Part shown: piece after piece, positions 32,888 to 50,472 of the stretch
How positions within the stretch are numbered: position 1 is the first letter of the stretch
Layout of the letters: every line of letters begins with the position of its first letter
Assembly (NCBI GenBank): GCA_033442325.1
Contig: JAWQFM010000006.1
Location: forward strand, 604,673-668,672
Source of the DNA: Salpingoeca rosetta
Taxonomy: Eukaryota; Protista; Choanoflagellata
Direction of reading: 5' to 3'
Length of the DNA stretch: 64,000 nt
The notes under the pieces: generated by a model
Databases searched by the model: none
Seen by the model: the letters and a program-made list of their open reading frames with translations, nothing else
Told to the model about the DNA's origin: nothing
Translations under genes and position numbers: made by a program

Positions 32888-33136
32888 GCAACACGTGTTG
32901 CCGCGCGCTGCAGCATCTGAGTCGTTCAAGTTTATTCGGCTGTTCCCGCTGAGCCAGGCGGACGTCGGCACGAAGCGGACTGCGCCGCTATTGGAGGAGG
33001 AAGGTGCTGTGCCCTTCAAGACAGAGTCCCCAGCATACGACTTTACCCCTCCAGAGTACATCACCCTCCTCTTTACAGATATCGGTACGCATGGTGCATG
33101 TGTTGTGTGTGCTGCGTATGCGTGCGTATGCGTGCT

Positions 33137-33174
<38 letters not shown>

Positions 33175-33429
33175 CGTGTGCTTGTGAATGTATCTTTATG
33201 TATTTTTGTGCGCGTGTGCGTGTGCTTGTGAATGTACCTTTATGCATTTTTGTGTGCGTTTGTGTGTGTGTGTGATCATTGCGTGCGTCCACCCGCTCAT
33301 TCGCCTCCTTCTTGTTGCTGCTGCTGCGGCGTGGCCCCTGTGTGCTGTTCTCCAGGTATCCTGACACCCGCTGCCGTGTCTGATGCTCTCATGAACCTTA
33401 CGTTTGACCTTGACCAGCCCTGTGGTTGA
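30043..33429 (+). CDS. EIF2B1: Translation initiation factor eIF2B alpha subunit, ~10 exons
   Basis: [103 protein letters not shown]. Confidence 0.95.
31887..32112. repeat. ~46-50-bp intronic minisatellite (CATTGATGCTTGTGTGCACATCGRTACCACG + (CA)n) x5
   Basis: Five near-identical units separated by CA runs. Confidence 0.9.
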
Positions 33430-33832
33430 GTGGCGTTGAGGGCGTGTGTGTGTGGTGGTTGGTGTCATCACTGTCCGTGTTGTTGTGTGTTTAATGTGTT
33501 TACTGTGGTGCTTGGTTTGCGTGGGTTTTGTGTTGTAGCTGCACTAATGCAAAAAGCCAAAATATATTCAACGACCTCCCCTAGTGAGCAGCGCATGTGC
33601 GTTCATGTGAGAGAAGGGGAAAGGCGGGTGATGTGGTGTGAAGTGAAGGGAGGTGACATGAATGGAAGTGGTGGCAGGTGCGTCCCTGCGAAAGCACAAC
33701 AGAACGCTCGCGCAAATCGCACGACACCAGGCGTACGAGACACCATAAAGTGCATTTTCATACGTGGCTGTGTGTTTTGGTTGGAGAGAGAGAGAAGACA
33801 ACAAGAAGAAAAGCAAGCAAGAAGCGAGCGCG

Positions 33833-36039
33833 ATGAGCAAGGAGCTGTTTGTTGCGCTTGACAAGGCAGTCAAGTCGTCCAACAACAAGAAGATCATCGC
33901 CGCTGCAGACAAGGGTACGCACAGGCAACCAAGAAGGAGCGGAGGGGGGGGGAACAAGGTGGCGGGAGGAGGATGAATACCTCTGTGTGTGTGTGTGTGG
34001 ATGTGGATGTGGGTGGAAGGAATTGAACTGTCACGTCAAAGTGCTAGTTTTTGTTCCCCCAACGTTTGCACTTACATCACATGAACGAACCATTACTATC
34101 AAATAGTGCTGCAAGCGCTTCCTGATGATGCGGATGCCGTCAAGTGCAAGGTCATTGCCCAGCTGCGCTCGAACCAATACGCTGAGGCCATCCAGACCAT
34201 CTCCAACTCCGAGCATGCGTAAGTGCTCCACATCGCCCATGCAACAGCCATTACACCAACCTAGCACCAACGTGCACTCGTTGTGTTGGCCGTGTCCGCG
34301 CCCCACCTTGCGCATCATGATCACCCAAGCCACATTGAGCTGGCGCGCGGAAGTTAACGCTTCTTTCGTGTCCTTCGCGCTCACTTCCACGCACCATCTT
34401 GCCCTCGCGCGTCCTTCCTGCAGTGGTGCGCTGGAGTATGAGCACGCATACGCGCTGTTCCGCAAGCAGGACTACGTCGACTGCCTTCGCGTCATCGAAG
34501 GAGCAGAGGAGGATTCCTTCCGCATGAAGGAGCTCAAGGCACAGGCGGTGCGTGCTGCAGCTGCAGCTTGCGTTGCTTGGCTCTTTGCCTTGCGCCTCGA
34601 TACCGTGGACTGCACCTTCCATGACTGTTTCAATTGACAACTCATGCTGCACTGTCCCGTTCATTGTGTCTTGTGCACAGCTGTACCGTCTGGAGCGGTT
34701 TGACGAAGCCATCGAACTGTACCACGAGCTCCTGAACGAGAAGCCGGTGCGCGCATGTGTTAACTCTGGGGTTCTGCTCTTGCGTTGTGTGTCTGTCCTA
34801 TTCAATCCGCTTTGCACAGCGAACAACGAACACACACATGCAAACAAGTACATTCACACACGCACACATGCAAACAAGTACATATACACACGCACACACA
34901 TACACACATACACATACACACATGCACACATACACATACACACATATCCACACACTCACTCACACATTATCTGAGTATGGCGTTAATGCTTATCTCACAC
35001 ACCACATGTGTGCGCAGTGTATGGAGCGCCGGACCAACCTGGTCGCCTGCTATGCCGGCGCCACGTTCGCTGACCCCGAGAAGGTGCACAGCACAATCAC
35101 ATGCGCTTGCCCAGTGTGAAATTACGTCCTTTCGTGTCTGCTGCTACCATCACCACCAGCGTATGACACCTCTCACTCCCCATTGTCTCTCCATCACCAC
35201 ATGATCACCACCTCACCACCTCTATCCCCGCTTCCCTTCCCTTGTCTGTCTCTCCCCTCCAATCGTACAGGAGACGCCGAGCGAGGTGATGCAGGCTGAG
35301 GACGATGCGTTTGAGCACACGTACAACCGCTCGCTCGTGGCTACCGCCCAGCACCGCATCCCAACAGCGGCAACGCTCGTCAAGCAAGCACAGCAGCAGT
35401 GCGTCGACATGCTCAAGGAGGACGACCCCGTAAGTTGGACGCGTGCCTGCAAGCAAACATCATCGTGAACGTGTGCTGCTGTTGCCGATTGGGTGGCTAG
35501 TGGCTGTGGCGTTGAGTGCGTTGCTTGCTCACATCACATCCAACGTGCACGTGTGCATTCTGACACAGGACATTACGCAAGAGGAGATTGACCAGGAGCT
35601 CGCCCTTCTCAAGTACGCGCACTTGCTCTGTTTTCGACACGACGTGCACCTTTTTCGTTTCACGTGTCCACACTTGAGGATCGCATCTTTATCATTCGCC
35701 CATGCGCACACATCTGCGCCACCACGCACATAGATTGTGTGTTCCTTCCACAAACTGACACACAGCCATTCCACACACCAATCCACACCAACCAACCAAC
35801 CAACCCCCCCCCCCCAAACACGCCAACCAACCAAATCCCAGGGTGCAGGAGGGAGTGATCCTGCAGCAGCAAGGGGAGGAGGAGAGGGCGAAGCGCATTT
35901 ATCTCGACGTGATCCGCTTCAACCAGGACAGCACCACAATCGTCGCCGTCGCTTCAAACAACATCGTCGCCGTCAACAAGGTCTTTGCTCGGCCCGGAGG
36001 AGTTGGGGAGGGGAAAAGCACATGCCTGTGGTGTTGAGG

Positions 36040-36097
<58 letters not shown>

Positions 36098-36507
36098 GGG
36101 GTTGCGTGTGTGTGTTTGCGTGCGCGCGCGTGTGTGTGTGCGAGTGTAAACATGTGCATGTGCATGCGCATGTGAGCCTGTGGATGTATGGGAGGGGTTG
36201 AATGCTGTCTTGCTCCACCTTCGTCAGCCTCACCTTCTGCCACTCCTACACCCCTTGCACGCCATGCCTGGTTTCGTTGCAGGACCGGGATGTGTTCAAC
36301 TCCAAACATCGCATGCGCGCAACGCGCGCTGAGGGCCTTGATAAGAAGGTGCAGTGCTATTGTGATGTGTGTGTGTGTGTGATTTTGTTTGTGGTTTGTT
36401 GTGCATTCATGGCTCCCCCTCCCACTTCCCGTTCCACTTCCCGTTCCACTTCACGTTCCATTTCACGTCCCACTAAAAGACTCAACGTTTGCCCCTGCAC
36501 GTTGAGG

Positions 36508-36565
<58 letters not shown>

Positions 36566-38503
36566 GGGGTTGCGTGTGTGTGTTTGCGTGCGCGCGCGTG
36601 TGTGTGTGCGAGTGTAAACATGTGCATGTGCATGCGCATGTGAGCCTGTGGATGTATGGGAGGGGTTGAATGCTGTCTTGCTCCACCTTCGTCAGCCTCA
36701 CCTTCTGCCACTCCTACACCCCTTGCACGCCATGCCTGGTTTCGTTGCAGGACCGGGATGTGTTCAACTCCAAACATCGCATGCGCGCAACGCGCGCTGA
36801 GGGCCTTGATAAGAAGGTGCAGTGCTATTGTGATGTGTGTGTGTGTGTGATTTTGTTTGTGGTTTGTTGTGCATTCATGGCTCCCCCTCCCACTTCCCGT
36901 TCCACTTCCCGTTCCACTTCACGTTCCATTTCACGTCCCACTTCACGTTCCACTCACATACCGCTGTCCACCCTCCCTCGCCCCTGCTACCGCACCGCTT
37001 TGTGTGCCTGCAGTTGTGGAGCACGCAAAAGATGATCATTGCCTTCAACCAGTGTCTGCTCCTGCTGCACAGCAACGCCATTGCCAAGTGTCGCGATGCC
37101 TGCGCTGACCTCCGCAAGCAGTACCCATCAAGGTGCCGCGCACACACTAAGATACACCTCACATGTGTTCGATGTCATGCATGCTCCTGCACAATTGCGA
37201 AAGTCGCCTTGAAATGCTTCATCAGAGCTCCCTTCACACACACACACACAAATCAAAAAAATAACACCCACAAACACGTTTGCGCAGTACGGTGCCATCG
37301 CTGATTGAGGCGTACACGTATCTGAAGGAGCGGAAGGTGAAGAACAAAGCGGAGCGGCTGCAGGCGCTGTGCGACGAACACCCGAACGACGAAATCCTCG
37401 CCCTCGTCCTTGCTCACGAATACGCCCGCCACGGTACACACACACACGTGTGTGTGTGTGTGTCCTGTGACTGTGGAGAACGTGTTGCTGCTTGCTTGCT
37501 GTTCCGTATGAGAGCGTACTCGTTGCTGTGTGGTGGTCATGAGTGTGTTTCATCGGGATGTTGCTGGCGTTGACTGACTTGCGTATTGCTTGGTCGAACG
37601 ATCCCCGCTTTGATCAGGCGATTATCCCCACGCCCTTTCGGCCCTGCAGCGTGTGTCCACACTCGCCTTCAAGCCCGCATACGTATGTGCGCGCACATGG
37701 CATCACGACACTGCCACTCTTGTCCACCACACATACACAAATAGACGCAGAGAAACAGATATGCACACACGCACACGCACACACATTCATGCTCATGCAC
37801 GCATTCGTTAACATGTGTGTATCCATGATCCTTTCACACCTCTCCTCACCCTCACCTTCACCCCTGCCTCGGTCCACGTGGTCCACATGCGCACGACTGC
37901 TGACCACGATTGCAGGTCGGTTACGCCGTTGCGCTGTGCCGACGCCTGCACCGCCCAGATGTCGCAACAGAACAACTCGACAGCGCAATCGCACACTGGA
38001 AGAAGCAGCAGGTGACCATCGTCGTGGTGGTGGTGGTGATGGTGATGGTGGTGGTGGTGGTGGTCCTGTGGCAGTGCAGTCGTGGTGGTCCTGCGTTTGC
38101 TGTGTCGTTGGCTGGCTGCTTTGTTTCGTGTCCTCTCTGCTCGCTACAACCAATCACACACACACACATACACATACACACATACACAACACATACACAC
38201 AAACACACACACACACACAACGCGCAGGCTGAAGGGAGCGAGGAGACGTTGCAGTCGCTGCTTCGTCTGCGCGGCGAGCTGCTACTGCAACAGCGCAAGT
38301 ACAGCGCCGCCGTCAACGCGTTCCAGGACCTGATTGACGCCGATCCAGAGGATATGCGCGCTGTTGCCTCCCTCATCGTCGCCCTCGCACAAGTCGACAT
38401 TGAGAAGGCCGAGCAGGTGACGACAACCACCCCGCCCCGTCTGGCTGTTTTTCGTGTGTTTTCGTATGTGTGTGTGTGTGTGTGTTTTCGTGTGTGTGCA
38501 TGT

Positions 38504-38562
<59 letters not shown>

Positions 38563-39083
38563 TTCGTTGTGTGTGTGTGTGTATGTGTGTGTGTGTGTGT
38601 GTATGTGTGTGTGTGTGTGTGCGTGCGTGTGTGTGTGGGTTCAATCATCGTCTATGTCATGCACCATCCTCCTCACCTGCCCCCCCCCCCTTAATTCACC
38701 ACCACCACCACCATCAGGTTGCCTCGTCCATGCCGCCGCTCGAGATGAACGAGGACGAGCCGTTGAACGTGGACGAGCTGGAGCAGGCCAGGAAGCTTCG
38801 CGTCGCCAAGGTAGGTGTGTGTTTGTGTATATGTGTGTGTGTGTGTGTAGGTGTGTGTGTGTGTGTGTGCCAGACCCTTCCTTGTGCTTGGAATTCACAT
38901 TCTTCCACCACCACGCCGCCATCGTGATCGCCATCAAGACGTCGCGTCGAGCCCCGCTGGACAAGTTGGCTGAAGCGCTGGCGTCCAACACGGCAGCAGC
39001 CCCGGCCCCGGCAGCCGCCAAGCCAAAGCGCCGCCGCAAGCGCAAGGGTACGTACGCAAGTGCATGTAATTGCTAACTACTGC

Positions 39084-39122
<39 letters not shown>

Positions 39123-39443
39123 CGTTTGAGTTGCTGGCGCTCTGTGTCTGTTGTGTCTTTGCCCACTTTTGTGCCCATTCACTCTGACTCCTCCCCGCAT
39201 ACCATTTCATGCTCAATCCACCCATCCTTGGTTGCTTGCAGGCAAGCTGCCGAAGAATGCGGAGGAGGGCGTGGAGCCTGACCCGAACCGCTGGCTGCCA
39301 AAGTGGCAGCGAAAGGGCGGAAAGGGGAAGAAGAAGAACAAGAAGAAGGGGGGCGCTGTTAAGCACGGCACCCAGGGCGCTGCGACAGAGGCAGAGATGG
39401 CGTACGTCCTGCACTCTGTGTGCTGTGTTGTGTGTGTTGTGTG

Positions 39444-39525
<82 letters not shown>

Positions 39526-39797
39526 CGTGCGTGTGTGTGCGTGTGTGTGTCGATGTGTGTGTCGACGTGGATTGGCATGACCTGTGCGCGCGCGTATCCT
39601 TGCTCACGTTGTCAATGAACCACCTATGCCCTACCCCTCATCACCATCAACACCGTCACTACCTCCCATCTCCCATCCCCCGCAGCAAACTGGACGCGTC
39701 GCTGCTGCCGGATGCCCCGCCGCCCAAGACGGCATCAGCGTCCCGTGCTGTTGGCAAAGGAAAGCCCCGCAAGAAGAAGGGCGGCAGGCGCCGCTGA
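33833..39797 (+). CDS. SRP72: Signal recognition particle subunit SRP72, multi-exon
   Basis: TPR-type N-terminus ([44 protein letters not shown]), [23 protein letters not shown] and the RNA-binding motif [30 protein letters not shown]. Confidence 0.95.
36033..36942 (+). repeat. 442-bp tandem duplication inside SRP72 (36033-36474 = 36501-36942) with a 26-bp filler
   Basis: Copies appear identical at a constant 468-bp offset. Each contains a 66-nt exon (36283-36348; 36751-36816) with both splice sites. Confidence 0.95.
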
Positions 39798-40049
39798 TGG
39801 TGTTGCTGATGATGGTGGCGGTGCTTGTGTTGCGGTTGTTGCTGTTGCTGTTCGTCTGTGTCATATGGCCACCACCTTCTGGAGTGGTGAGCTTGATGTT
39901 GGCATGTGTCTTGATCGACAAGTGTCGTGTCGTGCGTGTGTGATGACAGCACAGTACAGCGTCTTTGGGTATTTTAATCTCTGAACGAAGCGTAATATGC
40001 ACAAGAAGAGGGAGACGAAGAAGACACAAACACGCACATACAAGCACAG

Positions 40050-40081
<32 letters not shown>

Positions 40082-40596
40082 ATGACCAAGCTGGATGCGT
40101 TGAGAGCGAGTAGGGGATAAGGTAACAGCGACAACGTGCTCATGCGAGGCACTCGTTGTACAAAGCATCAAAACATCATCATCATCACCAACAGAAGCAG
40201 TGCTGACACGACGCACCATCAACACCAAAACCCAAGGTACGCTTGTTACCTCGACAAAACAAACATACACACACGTGACACACACGAATCAAATGCCAAC
40301 AGGGAGTTCATTATGACCACAGACACACAACCACGCGATGTGAAACTGCACACAGCAAGCACTAACGAACAAGAATAGCAGCAAGCTGCATCCTTGGCAA
40401 CTATCAGGCTGTCACGGAAAAAGAGGGGGAAGGGGGAGGGGAGGAGAGATCAAACAGAGCAAGTAATTGAGCCGGGGGAGGGGGCAAAGGAGCGTGTCTG
40501 GATGAAGAGAATGGTGTGGGCACATCCTCATGCATGTGTGCACGACGGCTGCGCGCACGTGTCGTGTACATGACGCCCCATACACCTGCACCGTGC

Positions 40597-41163
40597 TCAG
40601 ACCGGTGGCATGCCGCGCGTGAGGAGGTCTTCCAGTTGTGCCAGCTCCTGCGCGTCCAAGAGCTCGGGCGTCTTGAGCACCTTGTTGAGGAAGACAACCT
40701 CGTTCCTCATCTGTGAGACGAGCTTTTCCAGTTGCGCGTTCTGCTGCTCGCGCTCGCGGTGGATGCGCTCTTGCTCGTCGCGCTTTTGCTTTGCGAGCTG
40801 CCGCGAGCGCTTGACAGACTCGTTATTGTTGTCGCGGGACTCACGCCAGCGCGTCCACGCCAGCTGGAACTCCTGCTCTGACGCATACTCATCGCGCTTG
40901 GGCTCCTTCTTGTTGGTGGGCCGCCGCCGGCGCTTGTCTGCGGTGAGGGCCAAACGGTATGGGCTGGCCCCGTCCACTTGCAGGGCCTTTGTGAGGCGCT
41001 CGACCAGCACGGGCTTGAGCCCCGTTGTGCTGAGGTCGCGTGCTCTCAATTCGTCGCGCAGCTCCTCCACCGTGAGCTTGTTTGGCACGCACAGGATCTT
41101 GTCGTTTGAGCCCTGGCGCTGGCCGCTCGAGCCAACCTTGGCCGTCTTGGTAGGCTGTTCCAT
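40597..41163 (-). CDS. SAP domain + C/EBP-like bZIP transcription factor (188 aa)
   Basis: SAP: NKLTVEELRDELRARDLSTTGLKPVLVERLTKAL. bZIP: WRESRDNNNESVKRSRQLAKQKR..QNAQLEKLVSQMRNEVVFLNKVL. Confidence 0.85.
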   Translation of the reverse strand: MEQPTKTAKVGSSGQRQGSNDKILCVPNKLTVEELRDELRARDLSTTGLKPVLVERLTKALQVDGASPYRLALTADKRRRRPTNKKEPKRDEYASEQEFQLAWTRWRESRDNNNESVKRSRQLAKQKRDEQERIHREREQQNAQLEKLVSQMRNEVVFLNKVLKTPELLDAQELAQLEDLLTRGMPPV

Positions 41164-42122
41164 CGTCTGTGACTGTGTGCATGTGTGAGTGTGAGTGTGA
41201 GTGTGAGTGTGAGTGTGAGTGAGTGTGCGGGTGAGTGTGCGTGTGCGTGTGCGTGTGCGTGCGTGTGTGTGTGAGTGAGTGTGAGTGTGAGTGTGTGTGT
41301 GAGTGAGTGTGAGTGAGTGTGTGTGCGTGTGTGTGTGAGTGAGTGTGTGTGCGTGTGTGTGTGACAACGCATGGTTGCATCGAGCCACAACACAAGCGTG
41401 TGTTGTGTTGTCGAATGAGTTTACATCACAATACAAGACGGTGGTGTCTGTTGACTGCGTATTATAGTTTTGCAGCTGACTGCTGTGCGCGCTTGCTCAC
41501 CTTGTCCTTGTACTGTTCTGGCCGGTGTGGGTCTGGCTCGTCGTCGCCTCTTTGTTCAATGCGAGGATGCCTGTCTGTCTGTGTCTCCAGCGTTCCCTCT
41601 GGTCTGTGTGTCGCCAACCAAGACGCAAGCAACAGCAAGCAGCAACAGCAAGAAGCAAACAACAGACAGCCGTCTTGTCTTCGTGTGTGTCTTTCAACTT
41701 CAACGACTGCGCGCAAGTGAAGAGGGTGGTGCAACCAGCGCAAGCAATCTCCTTGATGCAATGCAATACAAAGGCAAAATTTACCTTGCAAAGTCAATTT
41801 TGCCCTCACACCCACAAAACAACAACAACAAGAAGCGCCCCAACAAACACAACGCTGCTTTGTTGCTTGTGGACGGACGAAGCCAACCAACCAACCAATC
41901 CAGCCACCCAACGCCAACGCGTGCTGTGCAAACAAACAAACAAACAAAGAAGCAAGCAAGCAAACACAAGCACCAATCCTCCTCGCCTTGTTGTTACTTG
42001 CCTTGACTTTAACAACGAACGAACGAGTTGCCGGGCTCCCCACCTGCCTTCATTGTTGATTGATTGACTGCGCCAACACCGGGTAAACACCACGGCTCAA
42101 GCCAACAAGCAACCAAACGAAC

Positions 42123-42235
<113 letters not shown>

Positions 42236-42277
42236 TAACTTGCAAGCAGCAGCCAACGATCACGGTATTCCAACACC

Positions 42278-45471
<3,194 letters not shown>

Positions 45472-45869
45472 CACATGCTGATGAAGACGAATAAACTGCA
45501 ATTGTATGTGCATGTTGTGTGTTTGCTCTGTGCATGTTTTGTGTATGTATCTGTGTGATGGGTTGGTCTGATTTGATTGATTTTTTTTTCCGTTACATTT
45601 TCTCGGTCACGTGCATGTGTGTATTGCGGTGTCGCACCACATTATTATGTTATCATGGCTCTTTGCTGGTGCGAGTGAATGCACGCGTGGTCCCCACAAG
45701 GAACTTCTTTGGGGCTGTTTTGGATGTGTGTGTGTGTGTGATTGGGATGCCCTCGCAATCACTGAAAGTACACGCTCTTCTGTGCTGCACATGTATGTTT
45801 ACTGCTGCAAAACTTATCCACACAGATGGGCAAGCAACACTGTCGACGAAGGGGGGGGGGAGAAGGACC

Positions 45870-45913
<44 letters not shown>

Positions 45914-45946
45914 CAGACAGGCACAGACAAACACGAGACGAGTGGT

Positions 45947-47249
45947 TCAGAGTCTTGGGTTCTTGAAGTATGTGATCATGCAGAGTGCGTGCTGGAACAT
46001 GCCGTCCAACTCAGTCCATGTGCTCCTCTGCAAAACGAAACAAAATCGTCAAAAGGGTTGGGTGTGTGTGTGTGTGTGCGTGTGTGTGTGTGTGAGTGAG
46101 CACACTTGGTGATGGGGATTATGACGTGAAGGAAGCAGGCAAACACACCAAGCAAAACAAGCAAACAAAATAAAACGCACGTGGAGGCGCTGGACTTCGG
46201 CGACGACGGGCTCAAGTTGCGGGAAGCGAGCAATGTCAGCAGTGTGCACCTGGCAGAGGGAATTTTCGTCGTTGGTGAGAAGAAGAAGAAAGGCAGGCTC
46301 AGGTTGGCATTGAGGTGATGGTGGCTCGTTGGGCAGTGTGCAACAGCAGCAAGGAGGACAATCGTCATTTCACGCCTTGATGAGCATGGCATGCACACGC
46401 AGGCGTGCAGACACACAAACGCAGACACAGACGCAGACACACAGACGCAGACACACACACACACACATGCACACAAAAAGGTGCTTACGGTGAGGAAGAG
46501 ATGGAGGTAGGCCTGGCAGAGTTCAAAGTTCTTGCGGGCGGTGAGGAGGAAGCGGAAGAAGTTGAGCATGGCAAGAAATTGCACAGGATCGTCACTGTCG
46601 CCGCCAACGTTGTCCGCAGAGAGCGAGCGAATCTCCGTCTCAATCGCAGTGATGCCCATTGTCGAGATCAATTCAATCAGCGCATCGACTGCAGCGTGGA
46701 GTTGGTTTGGGCGAGGACGAATGAGGATGAGTGGGGTTCGTGGATTCGCGTTGAATAAAAGTACGCGGGACAGCGCTTCCAACAAAGAGCAAGCGGGCTG
46801 TCACCTCACAAGCGTTTCACACAACACAACGCACCATACACACATGCGTGCGCACACCACACTCACTCAAACCATACTCATGCACCCGCACACACACACA
46901 CACATACACACACGTACACACATGAGACACACGAGGAGATAACGTACAGTTATCTTCTTCGTTGCACTGGAGGAGGGTGCGCTGGAATGCGGAGAGCACG
47001 CCAAACTCGGAGAAGTTGAGCACCTTCGACTTGGCGCCCGTCTCCGCCAGTGGATCAAACATGGGCTTGAACTCGTGCTTCAGACCTGTCGCCACGCCAC
47101 ACACACACATACACACACATGTGTTGCAAGTGAGAACAACATAGCACGGTACTACAAATGTATCGCAAATCACAATCACACAATCACAATCACACAATCA
47201 CAATCACACAATCACAATCACACAATCACAATCACACAATCACAATGCC

Positions 47250-47314
<65 letters not shown>

Positions 47315-47658
47315 GCACGCACCGGGTTTGGTCTGGAGGAAGAAGGGAGCGCGCGGCGGCGCCTTTGGGCCCTCCTTGGGCTTGTTGCGCTGGCGAATGT
47401 GCTCAAGCTTGCTCAGGTTCTGCCAACGCGACGCAGCGAGCGAGGACAGGGTCACAAGGTCCTTGGAGATTTGGTCGGGCGACTTGAACGTGCTCTCGCT
47501 CTCATCAAGCACAGCATCGTCCTCCGACACCTCAAACGCCCTATTCAAGTTGAGGAGGTGTTGCATCATGGTGTATGGTGGCGATTGTGAGACAAGATGT
47601 GTGAATGGAAGGTGGTGGCATTGCTCGCTCAGTTCGGGCCAAGCAAATACAACCACTT

Positions 47659-47695
<37 letters not shown>

Positions 47696-48641
47696 CACAC
47701 ACACACACACACACGATCACACACACATGCACACGATCACACACACGTGTGCACACGATCACACACACGTGTGCACACGATCACACACACGCACACACAC
47801 GCACTCTCTCTCCCCCTCTTTCTCTCTGCGTGCCCTCACTTGAGGTAGTCGACCGCCTGCTTCTTCTCCTCGTCGGTGAGACGGCCAGAGACCGGCAGCG
47901 ACACAAACGGCGCCGCGCCCTCAGCAATCTCTGCACAGTTGGGAGGCAGCACCAGCACGCATGATGAGGGGTGAGGGGACAATCAGGGTTTTAACGGTAC
48001 AAGGTGGCTAGCAGGTCTATGTGTATATGTTTGTGTGTGTTTGTGTTTGTGTGTACGTGTATATGTGTATGTGCGTGTTTTAAACCTTTTGAGTCGAGGA
48101 TCTTGTATGCGACGTCACCAAACATGGAGCGGTTTGCCCACAGGAAAATGCCGAGTTGGTCAATGTGCGTCGTGGCTGACAGTGTGCGCGCGTGTGTGTT
48201 TGGTTATTTGAATGGTGAGTGGATAGGTTGGGAGAGGGAGAAGTGGAAGAAAAGCAACTCAGCATGACAGCAACAACATCCAGCAACTCATCACCACCGA
48301 AGCCACTCCATCCACCACCGCCTCTTCATGAGAGACTCACCGAGGAAATCTCCGTTCGGTGACATGGTCATGCTGGTGACGGCCTTCTCTGTCGAGAACC
48401 ACGACAGCATCCGCCCGCTCGGCACATCTGAAACACGAGACGTGGTGGTGGCGATGGCGGTCATGATGAGTTGGCGTGGGAGTTTGGAAGCGAAATTCAA
48501 ATGACGCAGACGCAGCAGAATGGGGCACGAGCACAAATGCGGGCAACTCAAACATCACAAGCAACAAACAACACACGCTGACCTGCAAAGCAAACCCTTA
48601 CGTACGTGCACACAGACACAGACACAGAAACAGACACAGAC

Positions 48642-48710
<69 letters not shown>

Positions 48711-49424
48711 CAGACACAGACACAGACACACACACACACACACACAGAGAACTCAGCACATGAGCGCTGCGCAGCTCACCCCAAACGCGAACGGTGAGGT
48801 CCATGGAGGCTGAGATGAGCCAGCGGCCGTCTGGTGTCCACGCCATGTCTGTGATGCGGCCCTGATGTCCACCAAACCCGCGCACTGCTCGCTTCGCGTC
48901 CACATCAAACACGCGAATGCCAAAGTCGACGCCTGCAGCGGCGATGAGGTTGTTGATGCGGCACATGGACGTCGTCGTGAGGGGCACCTTCATCTTCACG
49001 TTCAGCCGCTGGACACCGCCGAAGGACCACACCTGTCACGTGCATGTACATGCGTGTGCGTGTGTGTGTGCAGTGAGTTTGTGCATGAACGTGTGCGTGT
49101 GGCAGCAGTGCCAATGCCCGTGCTGTATTCTACACTCAACTTGAATGCTCCTGAGCACAATCAGGGAGCACCAACAGCTATACCTTGAGGGTCGTGTCTT
49201 TGGATGCCGATGCAACAAACGAATTGACACTGTCGACGTGAATGCCAACAATCGTGTCCGCATGCGCTGTTTCAAACACACACACACACACCATGCGGCA
49301 ACGACAGTAGCGATGAGATTGTGTTGATTGTTGCGATGTGGTGAGAGGGAGTTGGTGGCTAGGATGATGCCTGGCGAAGATTGGCACAACAAGCACACGC
49401 ACACGCACACACATGTACACGGAC

Positions 49425-49491
<67 letters not shown>

Positions 49492-49547
49492 CTTCAACAA
49501 CAGCAACAACTTCAACAACAGCAACAACTTCAACAACAACAACTTCA

Positions 49548-49592
<45 letters not shown>

Positions 49593-49631
49593 CTTCAACA
49601 ACAGCAACAACTTCAACAACAACAACTTCAA

Positions 49632-49688
<57 letters not shown>

Positions 49689-50118
49689 CTTAAACAACAA
49701 CAACTTAAACAACAACAACTTAAACAACTGAATCAACACAATGACAACAACACGCAAACCACCTCTGTCTCTTTCTCCTCCATCCCACCATGAGCTCCAC
49801 TCTCTCTTTCTGCGCTTCTCTCACCTGGCGCGCCATATTCCGCGCCAAGGGCACCAGACTGCATGTTGTACCGGAACAATTGTCCACTTGAAAGGCCAAC
49901 CAGGACAAAATTGCCGCAGGGGCTCGTGCACACGCGCTGCAGAAAGAACATGATGTGGGTGCGTGCGTGCGTGCGTGCGTGCGTGTGTGTGTGGTTGTTT
50001 GGGGGCGGGGGCGTTGCGCAGGCGTTCAGTGAGGTGTGGGATTGACAATGCAGTGTAGCACATGATCGCAGCACAAACAGCTCTCAGATTTGCGCGCGCA
50101 CACACACACACACAGAAG

Positions 50119-50149
<31 letters not shown>

Positions 50150-50431
50150 GCAATAGGCCCAAGCAAAGTAAAGCAAAGCAACGCAGACGTACCACGGCGT
50201 GAGTTTGCTCAGACCCTGGCCCTTGAGCTCGTGCTTGCCAATCACCTGAACAAGACAAAACGGCCAAGGGATCAAACCAGAGCACACACACGGTGATGTG
50301 ACGGGAGCAATGGCGAGGATAAAGAAAACAAACACACACGAACGCAGACACGAACAAGTTTGCTGGCATGCGCAACAACTATAACATCTGCTGCTGCTGC
50401 TGCTGCTGGTGGTGGTGGTGGTGGTGGTGGT

Positions 50432-50472
<41 letters not shown>

